DNA from: an uncultured delta proteobacterium
GTDB lineage: Bacteria > Desulfobacterota > Zymogenia > Zymogenales > Zymogenaceae
DNA length: 64,000 nucleotides
Assembly: GCA_963735595.1 (NCBI GenBank)
Contig: CAVTLK010000005.1
Location: 224,001 to 288,000, forward strand
Direction: 5' to 3'
Both the position numbers and the translations under genes were made by a program. Positions 30,325 to 39,968 of this stretch are shown one piece after another; the stretch's first letter is position 1; every line of letters starts with the position of its first letter. The notes beneath the pieces are model-generated. The model made no database searches and had not been told where the DNA came from. It worked only from the letters and a program-made list of their open reading frames with translations.

Positions 30325-30734
30325 GATTTCCCGATCCGCTGAAAAAGGGCCTTATCCTTTACGGGGACCAGGCGCACACGCCGGCAAGTCCCGAGCGCCT
30401 CGCGGAGTACGGAACAGCCTATGAATCCGAGGGAAGGGCTACCGACGCCCTCGAATTCTTCTGGCGTGCCGGGTTCACGGAAGGGATAGAGCGTATTGCC
30501 CGCGGCGCCGTAGACGAGGGGGATTTTTTCATCTATCGTCAGGCAATGACATACCTGGGACGCGACATGGGGGCAGGCGAGCTTTCGGCGCTGGGCAAAA
30601 ACGCCGAAGGGCGCGGGAAACTCGCCTTTGCCGTGGCGGCGGCCGAGCAGGCCGGGGATGATCGACGGGCAGCGGCGCTTGCCGCCGGGATGGGTAACGG
30701 TAACGGTGACGCCGATGGAAAAGAAAAACCGTAG
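30321..30734 (+). CDS. Hypothetical helical protein
   Basis: ATGA-coupled to rpoZ and overlapping the yacG start; no family recognised. Confidence 0.65.
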   Translation: MRFPDPLKKGLILYGDQAHTPASPERLAEYGTAYESEGRATDALEFFWRAGFTEGIERIARGAVDEGDFFIYRQAMTYLGRDMGAGELSALGKNAEGRGKLAFAVAAAEQAGDDRRAAALAAGMGNGNGDADGKEKP

Positions 30735-30897
30735 CGGACGCCCCTGCGCCTACTGCGGCCGCCCGTCGGTGCCCGATTTCTTTCCCTTCTGTTCCGACCG
30801 GTGCCGGCTGATCGACCTTTCGGGCTGGTTTAACGAGGTCTATACGATACCGGCCGAAGAACCGCCCGACAACGAAGAACAGGAGACGATGCACTAA
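30715..30897 (+). CDS. yacG: DNA gyrase inhibitor YacG
   Basis: CAYCG...[24 protein letters not shown]. Confidence 0.92.
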   Translation: MEKKNRSGRPCAYCGRPSVPDFFPFCSDRCRLIDLSGWFNEVYTIPAEEPPDNEEQETMH

Positions 30898-30952
30898 CCG
30901 ACCCCGCCCATAACAGGCCTCGTAGCTATATCTTCCGAAGTGTAGCGGGATA

Positions 30953-31482
30953 CCTTTCTTATATATCCATTCTTCTTTGTTTCTTTGCGCCTTTGCGGTG
31001 ATCTCATCTGTCCCGATGCGAGGAGAGTCTCTCACCACAAAGACACAAAGGCACAAAGAAGGGACGCGCCCCAGGAAATGCAGTGGCCCGGGTATTTACC
31101 GGATATACTCCACCGTATGCCTGACTACTGAAGTCCTTTCTTATATATCTGTTTTTCTTCGTGTCTTTGTGCCTTCGTGGTGATCCCATCTATCCCGATG
31201 CGAGGAGAATCTCTCACCACAAAGACACAAAGGCACGAAGAAGGGACACGCCCCGGGAAATGTAGTCGCCCGATTATTTACCGGATATACTCCACCATAT
31301 GCCTGACTACTGAAGTCCTTTCTTATATATCCATTCTTCTTTGCTTCTTTGCGCCTTTGCGGTGATCCCATCTATCCCGATGCGAGGAGAATCTCTCACC
31401 ACAAAGACACAAAGGCACGAAGAAGGGACACGCCCCAGGAAATGTAGTTGCCCGATTATTTGCCGGATATACTCCACCGTAT
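30953..31482. repeat. Tandem array of about three 182-bp units built from family A inverted arms
   Basis: cctttcttatatatc at 30953, 31135 and 31317; arms caccacaaagacacaaaggcac(a/g)aagaa at 31033, 31215 and 31397; complementary arms end at 31000, 31182 and 31364. Confidence 0.95.
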
Positions 31483-31536
31483 CGCTTAGGAAAGGGATTC
31501 AGTAATCAGGTATAACGCCCTGAGGAGATGCATCGT

Positions 31537-31857
31537 ATGCTCATCGTAACCACGCCCTCCGTGGAGGGTAAGTCGGTCACCCAACACCTGGGGCCCGTCT
31601 ACGGGCAATGCGTCGTCGGCGCGGGGTCCCTCAAGAGCTTTATCTCGGGGGTCAAAGACGTTCTCGGCGCGCGGCTTATCGTCCTCGAAGACGAGGTGCG
31701 CCATGCCCGGACCCTGGCCGTAAAAGACATGACCCGGGAGGCCGAGAAGGCGGGCGGTAACGCCGTCGTCGGGCTCTCCGTCTCGTACGCCTCGCTCGCC
31801 GAGGGCCAGCTCCTGCTGGTGGCGGCGACGGGTACGGCGGTAATCCTCGAAGACTGA
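31537..31857 (+). CDS. YbjQ family (UPF0145) protein
   Basis: MLIVTTPSVEG...GGNAVVG...VAATGTAV; RBS gaggag. Confidence 0.88.
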   Translation: MLIVTTPSVEGKSVTQHLGPVYGQCVVGAGSLKSFISGVKDVLGARLIVLEDEVRHARTLAVKDMTREAEKAGGNAVVGLSVSYASLAEGQLLLVAATGTAVILED

Positions 31858-32047
31858 TACAAATCAATCCCTAACTGCCTACAAAAAATACATAACCTTC
31901 CCTTTTTACTATAAAAACAGTCATATAGTGACACGAAAGAAAAACCACACCCTTTACAGGAGCACGCATATACTATACTATTGTAATAGGGATTTGGTTT
32001 GTCGGGCCGGGCGGGATATCATTAAAAACGGTAAGGAGTATGCTCTG

Positions 32048-32326
32048 ATGAATAAAGTAAACTGCTGGGAATTCAAACGATGCGCCAGGGAGCCGGGAGG
32101 CGCAAAGGCGGGAGATCTGGGGGTCTGTCCGGCGGCAGTCAGCGACGAATCGACCGGCGTCAACGGCGGTAAGCAGGGCGGCCGCTTCTGCTGGGCGGTC
32201 AGAAAAACCCTCTGTGAAGGCGACGTACAGGGAACCTTTGCCATGAAAATAGTAGCCTGCAAGGAATGTGAATTCTATAAGATGGTCAAAGGCGAAGAAG
32301 AGGGCGATTTTAGAATGTTTCGGTAA
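32048..32326 (+). CDS. Small Cys-rich two-CW domain protein
   Basis: NCWEFKRC..VCPA..GRFCWAV..TLC..CKECEFY; RBS aaggag. Confidence 0.85.
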   Translation: MNKVNCWEFKRCAREPGGAKAGDLGVCPAAVSDESTGVNGGKQGGRFCWAVRKTLCEGDVQGTFAMKIVACKECEFYKMVKGEEEGDFRMFR

Positions 32327-32472
32327 TTGCGCGACGGCCTGCAGAGCAAATGGATTCACTGATTGCCGGATAGGATTATCCGGCATTATTTTGCCCGGTC
32401 AATCCTTGCTTTTTCCAGCGAAATACCGTATTCTTTCATCTTTGTTACACCCCAACCGGAGGTTTTTGGCCT

Positions 32473-34236
32473 GTGAAAGAATCCGTCACCTACTACTCGA
32501 AGTATCTCCTGCGCACCCGGAGGGAAGATCCCACCGACGCGGAGATCCCCTCCCACAAGCTGCTCGTGAAGGCCGGCTTCATCCGCCAGGTGACCGCCGG
32601 CGTCTTTGATTTCACCCCGATCGCCTTCCGGGTGATGACAAAGATCATGGAGATCATCCGCCAGGAGATGAACCGGATCGGCGGCCAGGAGCTCCTGATG
32701 CCGGTGCTCAACCCCGCCTCCCTCTGGATAGAGACGGGCAGGTATAACGCGGTTGGCGCGGAGCTGATACGCTTTGTCGACCGACGGGGCGCCGATATGT
32801 GCCTGGCGATGACCAACGAGGAGACGGTCACGGACCTGGCCCGGGGCTACGTATCGTCCTGGCGGGACCTCCCGTTCATGCTCTACCATATCCAGACCAA
32901 GATCCGCGACGAGGCGCGCCCCCGGGGGGGCGTCATGCGGGTGCGCGAGTTCCTCATGAAAGACGCCTACAGCTTCCACCGGGACTTTGATGACCTCGGG
33001 GCCTACTACGTGGACGTCTACGACGCCTACCTCAGGATATTCACGCGCATCGGCCTTACGCCGGTCCCGGTCGAGGCGGATACCGGCGCCATGGGCGGCA
33101 GCGACTCCCACGAGTTTTTACAGCCGTCCGTGTCCGGCGAGGATACGTTTGCCCGCTGCGCCGCGTGCGGCATGGCCTCCAACGTGGAGAAGGCAGAGGT
33201 AGTCAGCAAGCCCGCGGCGGCCGGCGGCGACATCCCCCCCGCCGAGGACGTCCACACCCCCAACATGACGACCATCGACGCCCTGACCTCGTTTTTCGGG
33301 GTCGGGCATGAGCGGTTCCTCAAGGCCGTGGCCTATGACGCCGGCGGCGCGGTCGTGGTGGCCTTTATCAATGGGGCCTACGAGATCAACGAGACGAAAC
33401 TCAAAAATATCCTGGGCGCCACCGAGCTTACGGTGGCCGATCCCCGAAAGCTTACCGACGCCGGGATCGTCCCGGGCTTCATCTCGCCCCGGATCGCCGG
33501 GCTTACCGGCGTCAAAGTCCTTTTCGACCGCACGGTCTTGTCCCAGCCGGCCTACGTCATGGGGGGAGACCGGGTCGACTATCACGTCAAGAACGCGGTG
33601 GCGGGGCGTGATTTTCCCGCGTCCGATCCGGTGGATATCGCCTCGGTGCGTGAGGGCGACCCCTGCCCGCGGTGCGGCAAGGGCGCAATCGAGCTGGTGC
33701 GGGGTGTCGAGCTTGGCCACACGTTCCAGCTCGGCACGAAATACTCCGATTCGATGGGACTGACCTACCTCTCGGAGGAGGGCAAGTCCCGGCCCGTCGT
33801 CATGGGGTGCTACGGGATCGGGGTGGAGCGGGCGATGGCCTCCGTCATCGAAGCCCACCACGACGAGACGGGGATGATCTGGCCGGTGACGGTCGCCCCC
33901 TTCGAGATTATGGTGCTGCCCCTGGGGGCGGACAGCGACGTCATCGCCGCGGCCGACCGCGCCGCGCACGCCCTTTCAGAGACCTGTTCGGTGCTTCTGG
34001 ATGACCGGCAGGAATCGGCGGGGGTCAAATTTGCCGACTCGGAGCTCCTGGGCATCCCGATCAGGGCGGTCGTCAGCAAGAAGCTCATCGCCAAGGGCGA
34101 GGTAGAGCTCAAGGTGCGCCGGACCGGGGAGGTCGTCGTCGTGCCGGAAAAGGAGGCCCCGGAAACCGTCCGCTCGCTCCTCTTGATGCTTTCCGAGAAG
34201 GAGGGGGTCACGATAAGCGATTTATGGCCGAAGTGA
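32473..34236 (+). CDS. proS: Proline--tRNA ligase (bacterial type with editing insertion)
   Basis: RDEARPRGGVMRVREFLMKDAYSF, GHTFQLGTKYS, MGCYGIGVER. Confidence 0.97.
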   Translation: MKESVTYYSKYLLRTRREDPTDAEIPSHKLLVKAGFIRQVTAGVFDFTPIAFRVMTKIMEIIRQEMNRIGGQELLMPVLNPASLWIETGRYNAVGAELIRFVDRRGADMCLAMTNEETVTDLARGYVSSWRDLPFMLYHIQTKIRDEARPRGGVMRVREFLMKDAYSFHRDFDDLGAYYVDVYDAYLRIFTRIGLTPVPVEADTGAMGGSDSHEFLQPSVSGEDTFARCAACGMASNVEKAEVVSKPAAAGGDIPPAEDVHTPNMTTIDALTSFFGVGHERFLKAVAYDAGGAVVVAFINGAYEINETKLKNILGATELTVADPRKLTDAGIVPGFISPRIAGLTGVKVLFDRTVLSQPAYVMGGDRVDYHVKNAVAGRDFPASDPVDIASVREGDPCPRCGKGAIELVRGVELGHTFQLGTKYSDSMGLTYLSEEGKSRPVVMGCYGIGVERAMASVIEAHHDETGMIWPVTVAPFEIMVLPLGADSDVIAAADRAAHALSETCSVLLDDRQESAGVKFADSELLGIPIRAVVSKKLIAKGEVELKVRRTGEVVVVPEKEAPETVRSLLLMLSEKEGVTISDLWPK

Positions 34237-34252
34237 CAAGGAGGGAAAGATA

Positions 34253-34684
34253 ATGAGGTTCACGTCATTACTCGCAGTTGTCGCGCTGTCCTTAGCCCTT
34301 TCATGTGCTGCACCCGCGGCGGCTCCTGGCCAGCCGGCAAACGCCGAGATGGACGCCTTTATCGGCGGCGCCGTCGTGCTGTCGCCGGGTGTCCCGGCGA
34401 CGGTCAAGGCCGGAGGGGAGTTCGCCGTCGTCCTCAAGGGCAACCCGTCGGCCGGCTACCAATGGACATACGCCATTGAACCGACCGGGCTTGCCGAGGA
34501 GTCCGCAAAGGAGAACTTCAGCGCCGTGCCGGAGCCGATGATCGGTTCCCCGGTCTTCACCGTCTGGAAGTTTACGGCCACGGCCGAGGGCGAGGCCGTC
34601 CTCACGTACCTCCATTACCGGCCCTGGGAGAAACCTGAAACTGCAATCGATCGCGCGGTCTACACGGTAACAATCGTCAAATAG
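34253..34684 (+). CDS. Chagasin/I42 family cysteine protease inhibitor, exported (possible lipoprotein)
   Basis: Signal peptide with ALSC; NPSAGYQW and RPWE chagasin motifs. Confidence 0.88.
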   Translation: MRFTSLLAVVALSLALSCAAPAAAPGQPANAEMDAFIGGAVVLSPGVPATVKAGGEFAVVLKGNPSAGYQWTYAIEPTGLAEESAKENFSAVPEPMIGSPVFTVWKFTATAEGEAVLTYLHYRPWEKPETAIDRAVYTVTIVK

Positions 34685-34710
34685 CGTCCTTTAGAATCCT
34701 GCTGTCAGGA

Positions 34711-34792
34711 GAATCAGGGGGACACAATACGTATTCCCTTTTCGGGCCTGGCCGGAGAGTCTGACGGATTAAGTATTGTGTCCCCTTAATTC
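34711..34792. repeat. Palindromic element, family B (27-bp arms, 28-bp loop)
   Basis: gaatcagggggacacaatacgtattcc ... ggattaagtattgtgtccccttaattc. Confidence 0.8.
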
Positions 34793-34879
34793 GAAAACCG
34801 CCACTATATTCAAAGAACCACCGGCAAGCTTCGCTTCGCCGGTGCCACCCGTACCGATCTCGGCACGAACGCCATTCCC

Positions 34880-35013
34880 GTCATTGCGAGGAGGCGTAGC
34901 CGACGCGGCAATCTCTCCGCCGCCGGAGGCTTTGCTGCGGCACAGAAGAGACAATCCCATGAGAATCCGACGCGATGATGAGATTGCTTCGTCGCTTCGC
35001 TCCTCGCAACGAC
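34880..35013. repeat. Palindromic element, family C variant
   Basis: gtcattgcgaggaggcgtagccgacgcggcaatctc ... gagattgcttcgtcgcttcgctcctcgcaacgac. Confidence 0.8.
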
Positions 35014-35065
35014 GAGTGAAGTAGAAGCCGTATACAATGAATTACTATAGAAAAGGGTTAGCCCC

Positions 35066-35093
35066 CGTAGGGCTGGCATATATGCCGCCCGTC
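35066..35093. repeat. REP-like hairpin, family D
   Basis: cgtagggctggcatatatgccgcccgtc, similar to 56572-56599. Confidence 0.6.
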
Positions 35094-35149
35094 CTTTCTT
35101 AAAGCCTGCAATACTCGTGATTATAGAGAGACGGGACGGCGACGGACGC

Positions 35150-35974
35150 CTACCGCGCCCCCGCGCGCAGCTTTCTCTCGAGCCAGCGGCTGGCAGCCGA
35201 GAGGGAATAGCAGATAACGAAGTAGATCATCGCGCAGAAGAGGAATATCTCGGTCGGGGCGATCAGCACCCGGTTGCTTACCTGGGAAGAGACGGTGGTC
35301 AACTCAAACAGGCCCACGAACCAGGCCAGCGAGGTATCCTTGGTGAGGCTCATGAACTGGTTGACGAACGACGGGATCATGTTCTTGAGGGCCTGGGGAA
35401 GAATGATGTAGATCATCGCCTGGGCGCGGGTGAGGCCGGTGGACCTGGCCGCCTCCATCTGCCCCCTGCCGATGGAGAGGATTCCGGCCCGGACGATCTC
35501 GGCCATATAGGCCCCGGAGAAGCAGACGAAGGCGATGATGACGTTGTAGACGTCGTCAATGACGTAGCCGAAGACCTTGGGCAGCAGAAAGACGAACCAG
35601 AAGATGACCATGATCAGAGGCATCCCCCGGATAAGCTCGATATAAGCGACTGCCGGGTACTTGATCCAGGGGCGGGCGCTGTTTCTCATCAGGCCGAAGA
35701 TCAGGCCCACCACGAACGCCAGGACAAGGCTGATGCCGGCAAGATACAGCGTCAACACGATCCCGCCCATGCGGTGCGGCGGTCCCAGGACGAGATACCG
35801 GAGGTTCCTGGTGATTACCTCGAAGTGAAGCTGTCCGATTCCGGTGACGGCATTAAAGAGGGATTGCGAGACCGAGCCGAAGGCAAACTCCAGGATGACG
35901 AGAATCCCCAGGAAGGAAAAGGTCGTCGCGGAAATCGCGATTCGGGTAAGCCTCTTGGTGCGCGCGTTTGACAT
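35150..35974 (-). CDS. Polar amino-acid ABC permease
   Basis: YIELIRGMPL, AYMAEIVRAGI, ILPQA, KDTSL. Confidence 0.93.
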   Translation of the reverse strand: MSNARTKRLTRIAISATTFSFLGILVILEFAFGSVSQSLFNAVTGIGQLHFEVITRNLRYLVLGPPHRMGGIVLTLYLAGISLVLAFVVGLIFGLMRNSARPWIKYPAVAYIELIRGMPLIMVIFWFVFLLPKVFGYVIDDVYNVIIAFVCFSGAYMAEIVRAGILSIGRGQMEAARSTGLTRAQAMIYIILPQALKNMIPSFVNQFMSLTKDTSLAWFVGLFELTTVSSQVSNRVLIAPTEIFLFCAMIYFVICYSLSAASRWLERKLRAGAR

Positions 35975-35975
35975 C

Positions 35976-36845
35976 TCAGTACTTGATATACCTCAGATAT
36001 CGCCGGTTATACTGGTTGATCGCAAAAGAGATTATCAGCGAAAGCGCCAGATAGATGAGCGTTACCATTGAAAAGGCCTCAAACACGCGGGAGGTTTCGG
36101 CCTCGATTATCCGGGCTGCGTGTGTCAGCTCGACGACGCCGATGGCCATGACCAGCGATGAATTCTTGACGAGGTTCAGCGACTGGTTGATGAGCGGCGG
36201 AATGACGATCCTGAATGCCTGGGGCAGGATCACGTAGCGCATCGATTCGAGGAAGCCAAACCCCTGGGAGCGGGCCGCTTCCATCTGCTCCCGGGGAATG
36301 GACTGGATCCCCGCCCTGATCTCTTCCGCGATGAAGGCGGCGGTATACGTGCTCAGCGCGATCACGCCGTAGGCGAACTCGATATTTCGCGAATAGATCC
36401 AGTCCTTAACCGCGGTGGGCAGGAAGGGGTCAGACCCGAAGTACCAGAGGAAAATCTGGATCAAAAGCGGGGTATTTCTGAAAAATTCAATGTATGCCGA
36501 TGATACAAATACAAGGACCTTGACCTTGCTCAGTTTGAGAACGGCAATCACGGTACCGAGCATCATGGCCAGGACGATGGATATGGCCGAGATTCTGACC
36601 GTCGTAAAAAATCCCCACATGAGGAGGGTGAGGTAGGTGCTCTTGTCGGTAAGGCGCTGCTTCAGAAATACCGAAAAATCGAACTCGTAGGTAAAATGGA
36701 TATTCAGGAGCCAGGCAAGGATCACCCGGTAGATAAGAAACACGATCAGGGCCGCCGCCCCGATAGCGATCGGGTAAGCGATCTTCTTGTGAGTCTCGCT
36801 CCAAAGCTTGAGGTCGATGAAGAGCTGTCTCGGGTCTCGTTTCAT
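35976..36845 (-). CDS. Polar amino-acid ABC permease
   Basis: YIEFFRNTPLL, AEEIRAGIQSI, ILPQAFR, KNSSL. Confidence 0.93.
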   Translation of the reverse strand: MKRDPRQLFIDLKLWSETHKKIAYPIAIGAAALIVFLIYRVILAWLLNIHFTYEFDFSVFLKQRLTDKSTYLTLLMWGFFTTVRISAISIVLAMMLGTVIAVLKLSKVKVLVFVSSAYIEFFRNTPLLIQIFLWYFGSDPFLPTAVKDWIYSRNIEFAYGVIALSTYTAAFIAEEIRAGIQSIPREQMEAARSQGFGFLESMRYVILPQAFRIVIPPLINQSLNLVKNSSLVMAIGVVELTHAARIIEAETSRVFEAFSMVTLIYLALSLIISFAINQYNRRYLRYIKY

Positions 36846-36867
36846 GGTTCCGGTTTAGGGGAATAGG

Positions 36868-36892
36868 AAAAAAGGGGGGGATATCCCCCCCC
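36868..36892 (-). terminator. Intercistronic terminator/stabilising hairpin after the binding-protein gene
   Basis: Minus strand G-run/atat/C-run stem followed by a T-run, between the SBP and permease genes. Confidence 0.6.
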
Positions 36893-36906
36893 GGTCACAA
36901 TTACGA

Positions 36907-37770
36907 TTACGGCCAGAGCTCTACCGCCCAGCCGGTCGGAGGCAGGTAGTAGTTGGTTTCGGGGCCAAGCCACTTGGTGTATATCTTTTCCCACTCGCCT
37001 TCCTTGTACATCTTCATCAGCGTAAAGTTGACAAAATCGCGCCATTCGGAATCGTTTTCCCTGACGCCGATGGCATAGGGCTCGCTCGAGAAGAAGTCAC
37101 CCACGACCGCCCACTTGGCGGGGTCCGGGTCGCTACCCTTGAGGCCGACGAGGATGACCGAGTCGGTAGTGACGGCCACGACCTTGCCCTGCTTGAGGGC
37201 CAGGAAGGCCTCGGGATAGCCCTCGAAGGAGATCACCTCCGCCTTTGGCTGCACCAGGAGGATATTCTTCTCGCTGGTTGACCCCTTCACGGAGCCGACC
37301 TTCTTGCCGGCCAGGTCTTCATAGCTCTTGATGGGGCCGTCGGCCGCGACCAGGAGCCTCTGACCGTCCATGAAGTAGGTAACCGAGAAATCGATGACCT
37401 CATCGCGCTCGATCTTGTGGGTCATGGTGGCGGCCAACATGTCGACCTTGCCCTCGGTGAGCATCGGGATGCGGTTTGAAGACGTGACGGGCTGAAGCTC
37501 GAGTTTTACGCCCAGCTCGTCCGCAATATAACGGCATACATCCACGTCAAAGCCGACCAGTTCGCCGGACTTCTCGTCCACGTACCCGAAGGGGACGACG
37601 GAGTCCTTAACACCGGCCACCAGCACGCCCTTTTCTTTGATGGCGTCAAGCGTCGACTGGCCGGGGGCCAGGCCTACCTCGGAGGTCATGGTTCCCTCCG
37701 GCGCCTTACTGCAGGCGTTGATGCCGCATACGAAAGCGGCAATCAGCAAGATAAAGACAACTTTCTTCAT
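36907..37770 (-). CDS. Polar amino-acid ABC substrate-binding lipoprotein (family 3)
   Basis: Lipobox INAC; GFDVD, MTHKIER, DFSVTYFMDGQ, VTTD. Confidence 0.93.
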   Translation of the reverse strand: MKKVVFILLIAAFVCGINACSKAPEGTMTSEVGLAPGQSTLDAIKEKGVLVAGVKDSVVPFGYVDEKSGELVGFDVDVCRYIADELGVKLELQPVTSSNRIPMLTEGKVDMLAATMTHKIERDEVIDFSVTYFMDGQRLLVAADGPIKSYEDLAGKKVGSVKGSTSEKNILLVQPKAEVISFEGYPEAFLALKQGKVVAVTTDSVILVGLKGSDPDPAKWAVVGDFFSSEPYAIGVRENDSEWRDFVNFTLMKMYKEGEWEKIYTKWLGPETNYYLPPTGWAVELWP

Positions 37771-37795
37771 TCGTTCCTCCTATATGACACTACGA

Positions 37796-38518
37796 CTAAA
37801 GAATTTCCTTCAGGAATGTCTTGGTGCGCTCATCCTGGGGGTTAGTGAAGAAGTGGTCCGGCGTTCCCTCCTCGATGATCTGGCCGTGATCCATGAAAAT
37901 GACACGGTCGGCGACCTCCCGGGCGAATCCCATTTCATGGGTGACGACCACCATCGTCATCCCCTCCCGTGCGAGGTCTTTCATGACGTTGAGGACCTCG
38001 CTGATCATCTCCGGGTCGAGGGCCGACGTGGGTTCGTCAAAGAGCATGATCTTGGGCCTCATCGCCAGCCCCCGGGCAATGGCGACGCGCTGCTGCTGGC
38101 CGCCGGAAAGCTCCGAGGGGTATTTATATGCCTGTTCGGTGATTTGGACCCGCTTGAGAAGAGAAAGCCCCAGCTTCTTGGCCTCCTCCTTCTTCATCTG
38201 CTTCACCTTGACGGGTGCAAGGACGATGTTATCCATGACCGTCATGTGGGGATAAAGGTTGAAGTGCTGAAAGACCATGCCGATTTCGGCGCGGAGCCGG
38301 TTGATATCGGTCTTGGGATCGGCGAGGTTGCGGCCGTTGACGATGAGCGTCCCGCTGTTGATGAGCTCGAGCTCATTGATGCAGCGGATCAGGGTCGATT
38401 TTCCCGAGCCCGACGGCCCGCACACGACCACGACTTCTCCCCGCTTGATTTCCAGGGTGATCCCCTTGAGGGCGTGAAACGCTCCGTAGTATTTGTGGAC
38501 GTCCTTAAAGATTATCAT
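37796..38518 (-). CDS. Polar amino-acid ABC ATP-binding protein (GlnQ-like)
   Basis: [32 protein letters not shown]. Confidence 0.95.
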   Translation of the reverse strand: MIIFKDVHKYYGAFHALKGITLEIKRGEVVVVCGPSGSGKSTLIRCINELELINSGTLIVNGRNLADPKTDINRLRAEIGMVFQHFNLYPHMTVMDNIVLAPVKVKQMKKEEAKKLGLSLLKRVQITEQAYKYPSELSGGQQQRVAIARGLAMRPKIMLFDEPTSALDPEMISEVLNVMKDLAREGMTMVVVTHEMGFAREVADRVIFMDHGQIIEEGTPDHFFTNPQDERTKTFLKEIL

Positions 38519-38569
38519 ATGAAATTACTGCCATCTAGATTTCAGGTCGCGGCCTCAATACACAAACGA

Positions 38570-39094
38570 TCAGGTGCTGTAAAGAATGGGCCGGTAGGCG
38601 CCCTTCTTTGCGGTCTTCTTTTCCTGCTTCGGCGGAGTTCGCGGAGGGACGACCATCAGAACGGGACAGGAGGCCTTCTTCAGCACCCGTTCCGAGGTCG
38701 AGCTGAATTCGTGATAGAACTCTTCCTTCTTGCCGTGGGACCCCATAATGATAAGGTCCGCGGATTCTTCCGCCGCCAGCTCCACGATCTCCTGGGAGGG
38801 CAGGCCGTACAGCACGACGGTGCTGACCTTTACCCCGCGCTGTTGGCTCCTGGTCTTTATGTCCTTGAAGACTCCCCTATCGTGCTCGTTGAAATCCTCA
38901 AGGAACTCCTTGACCTTTCTGTCAGAAAGGAAAGCGGGATAGACGTCTTCCCCGTTTATCGTGCGCCGGTCCGAAACCGTCACGACGATGATCTCCGCGG
39001 AAAAAAGGGCCGCCAGCTCCAGCGCCCAGTCAAAAGCGGCCAGCGATACTTCGGAGCCGTCAACGGCCGCAACGATTTTCCTTAAGGTGAGCAT
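38570..39094 (-). CDS. Universal stress protein
   Basis: KIVAAVDGS, DLIIMGSHG, SERVLKKASCPVLMV; start MLTLRK. Confidence 0.9.
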   Translation of the reverse strand: MLTLRKIVAAVDGSEVSLAAFDWALELAALFSAEIIVVTVSDRRTINGEDVYPAFLSDRKVKEFLEDFNEHDRGVFKDIKTRSQQRGVKVSTVVLYGLPSQEIVELAAEESADLIIMGSHGKKEEFYHEFSSTSERVLKKASCPVLMVVPPRTPPKQEKKTAKKGAYRPILYST

Positions 39095-39096
39095 GG

Positions 39097-39945
39097 CTAT
39101 TTCGGCCAGACCTCCATGGTGAAGTCGAGGGGAAGGCGAACTGCCGCCTCTTTTCCGAACCACGTTTCGTATATCTCGGCGTATCTCCCGGATACCCAGA
39201 GATCCATAAGGGCGCGGTCAACGATCTCCCGCCAGGTTCCGTCTTCGGGGGGCAGTCCCATGGCAATGGGAGTCGGGACAATCGGCTCTTTGATGATCCT
39301 GAGTGTCCCGGGTTTCTCGCTTTCGGTCACCAGATTAACGAGGTCCTTGAAATCGCCGATAACCGCCACGACCTCCCGGTTCGTCAGGAGCGCAAGTCCC
39401 GCCCGGGAATCGTCCACCCCGGTAATGTTTTTGGAGACTTTTTCCTGCACCCTTGCCGCGTCCGTGCCCGCCACGACCGCGATTGACTTGCTCCTGAGCG
39501 AGGAAAGAGAATATATCCCGGACGAGGCCGGGACCATCGCCATCGTTCCGCCGTAGAGGTAGGTGACGGAAAAGTCGATGACCCGTTCCCAGCTCATCCG
39601 GTGATTGAGGCCCGGCGCCATCTGGATAATCCCCTCGGCGGCCATCGGTATGGTGACGTTCGGTTCCACGACGACAAAGCGGGCCTGGACCCCGATAATC
39701 CCCGCAATCGCCCGGGCCAGGTCCACGTCAAACCCCGAATAGGTGATCTCATTGGCCTGACCGATTGCCTCGGAAAAGGGGAGGTAGCCCGCCCGCACCC
39801 CCACGATCATGACGCCCGATTCCCGGACGGCGTCGGCCGTTTCGGCCGCGTCCAGATATGGAGGGAAGTATGCCAGGTAGAGTGCCGCGGCCAACGATAC
39901 GCCCGCCGTGAGCATTCTTCTGTTTCTATTTCCCGTCGGTTTCAT
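39097..39945 (-). CDS. Second, divergent family-3 substrate-binding protein
   Basis: Start MKPTG with signal segment; GFDVDLARAIA, IDFSVTY, C-terminal EVWPK paralleling ELWP of the first SBP. Confidence 0.85.
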   Translation of the reverse strand: MKPTGNRNRRMLTAGVSLAAALYLAYFPPYLDAAETADAVRESGVMIVGVRAGYLPFSEAIGQANEITYSGFDVDLARAIAGIIGVQARFVVVEPNVTIPMAAEGIIQMAPGLNHRMSWERVIDFSVTYLYGGTMAMVPASSGIYSLSSLRSKSIAVVAGTDAARVQEKVSKNITGVDDSRAGLALLTNREVVAVIGDFKDLVNLVTESEKPGTLRIIKEPIVPTPIAMGLPPEDGTWREIVDRALMDLWVSGRYAEIYETWFGKEAAVRLPLDFTMEVWPK

Positions 39946-39968
39946 GGTCCCCGTGCCCCCGGCTTTTC

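Noticed and set aside
30977..31371. Short ORFs across the array (LTTKTQRHKE, HHEGTKTRR peptides)
   Set aside because: They are translations of the 9-nt periodic arms on both strands, with no RBS or independent coding signal.
30953..31482. Tandem array as CRISPR or another guide-RNA array
   Set aside because: Whole 182-bp units are near-identical with no unique spacers, and no cas-like gene is nearby.
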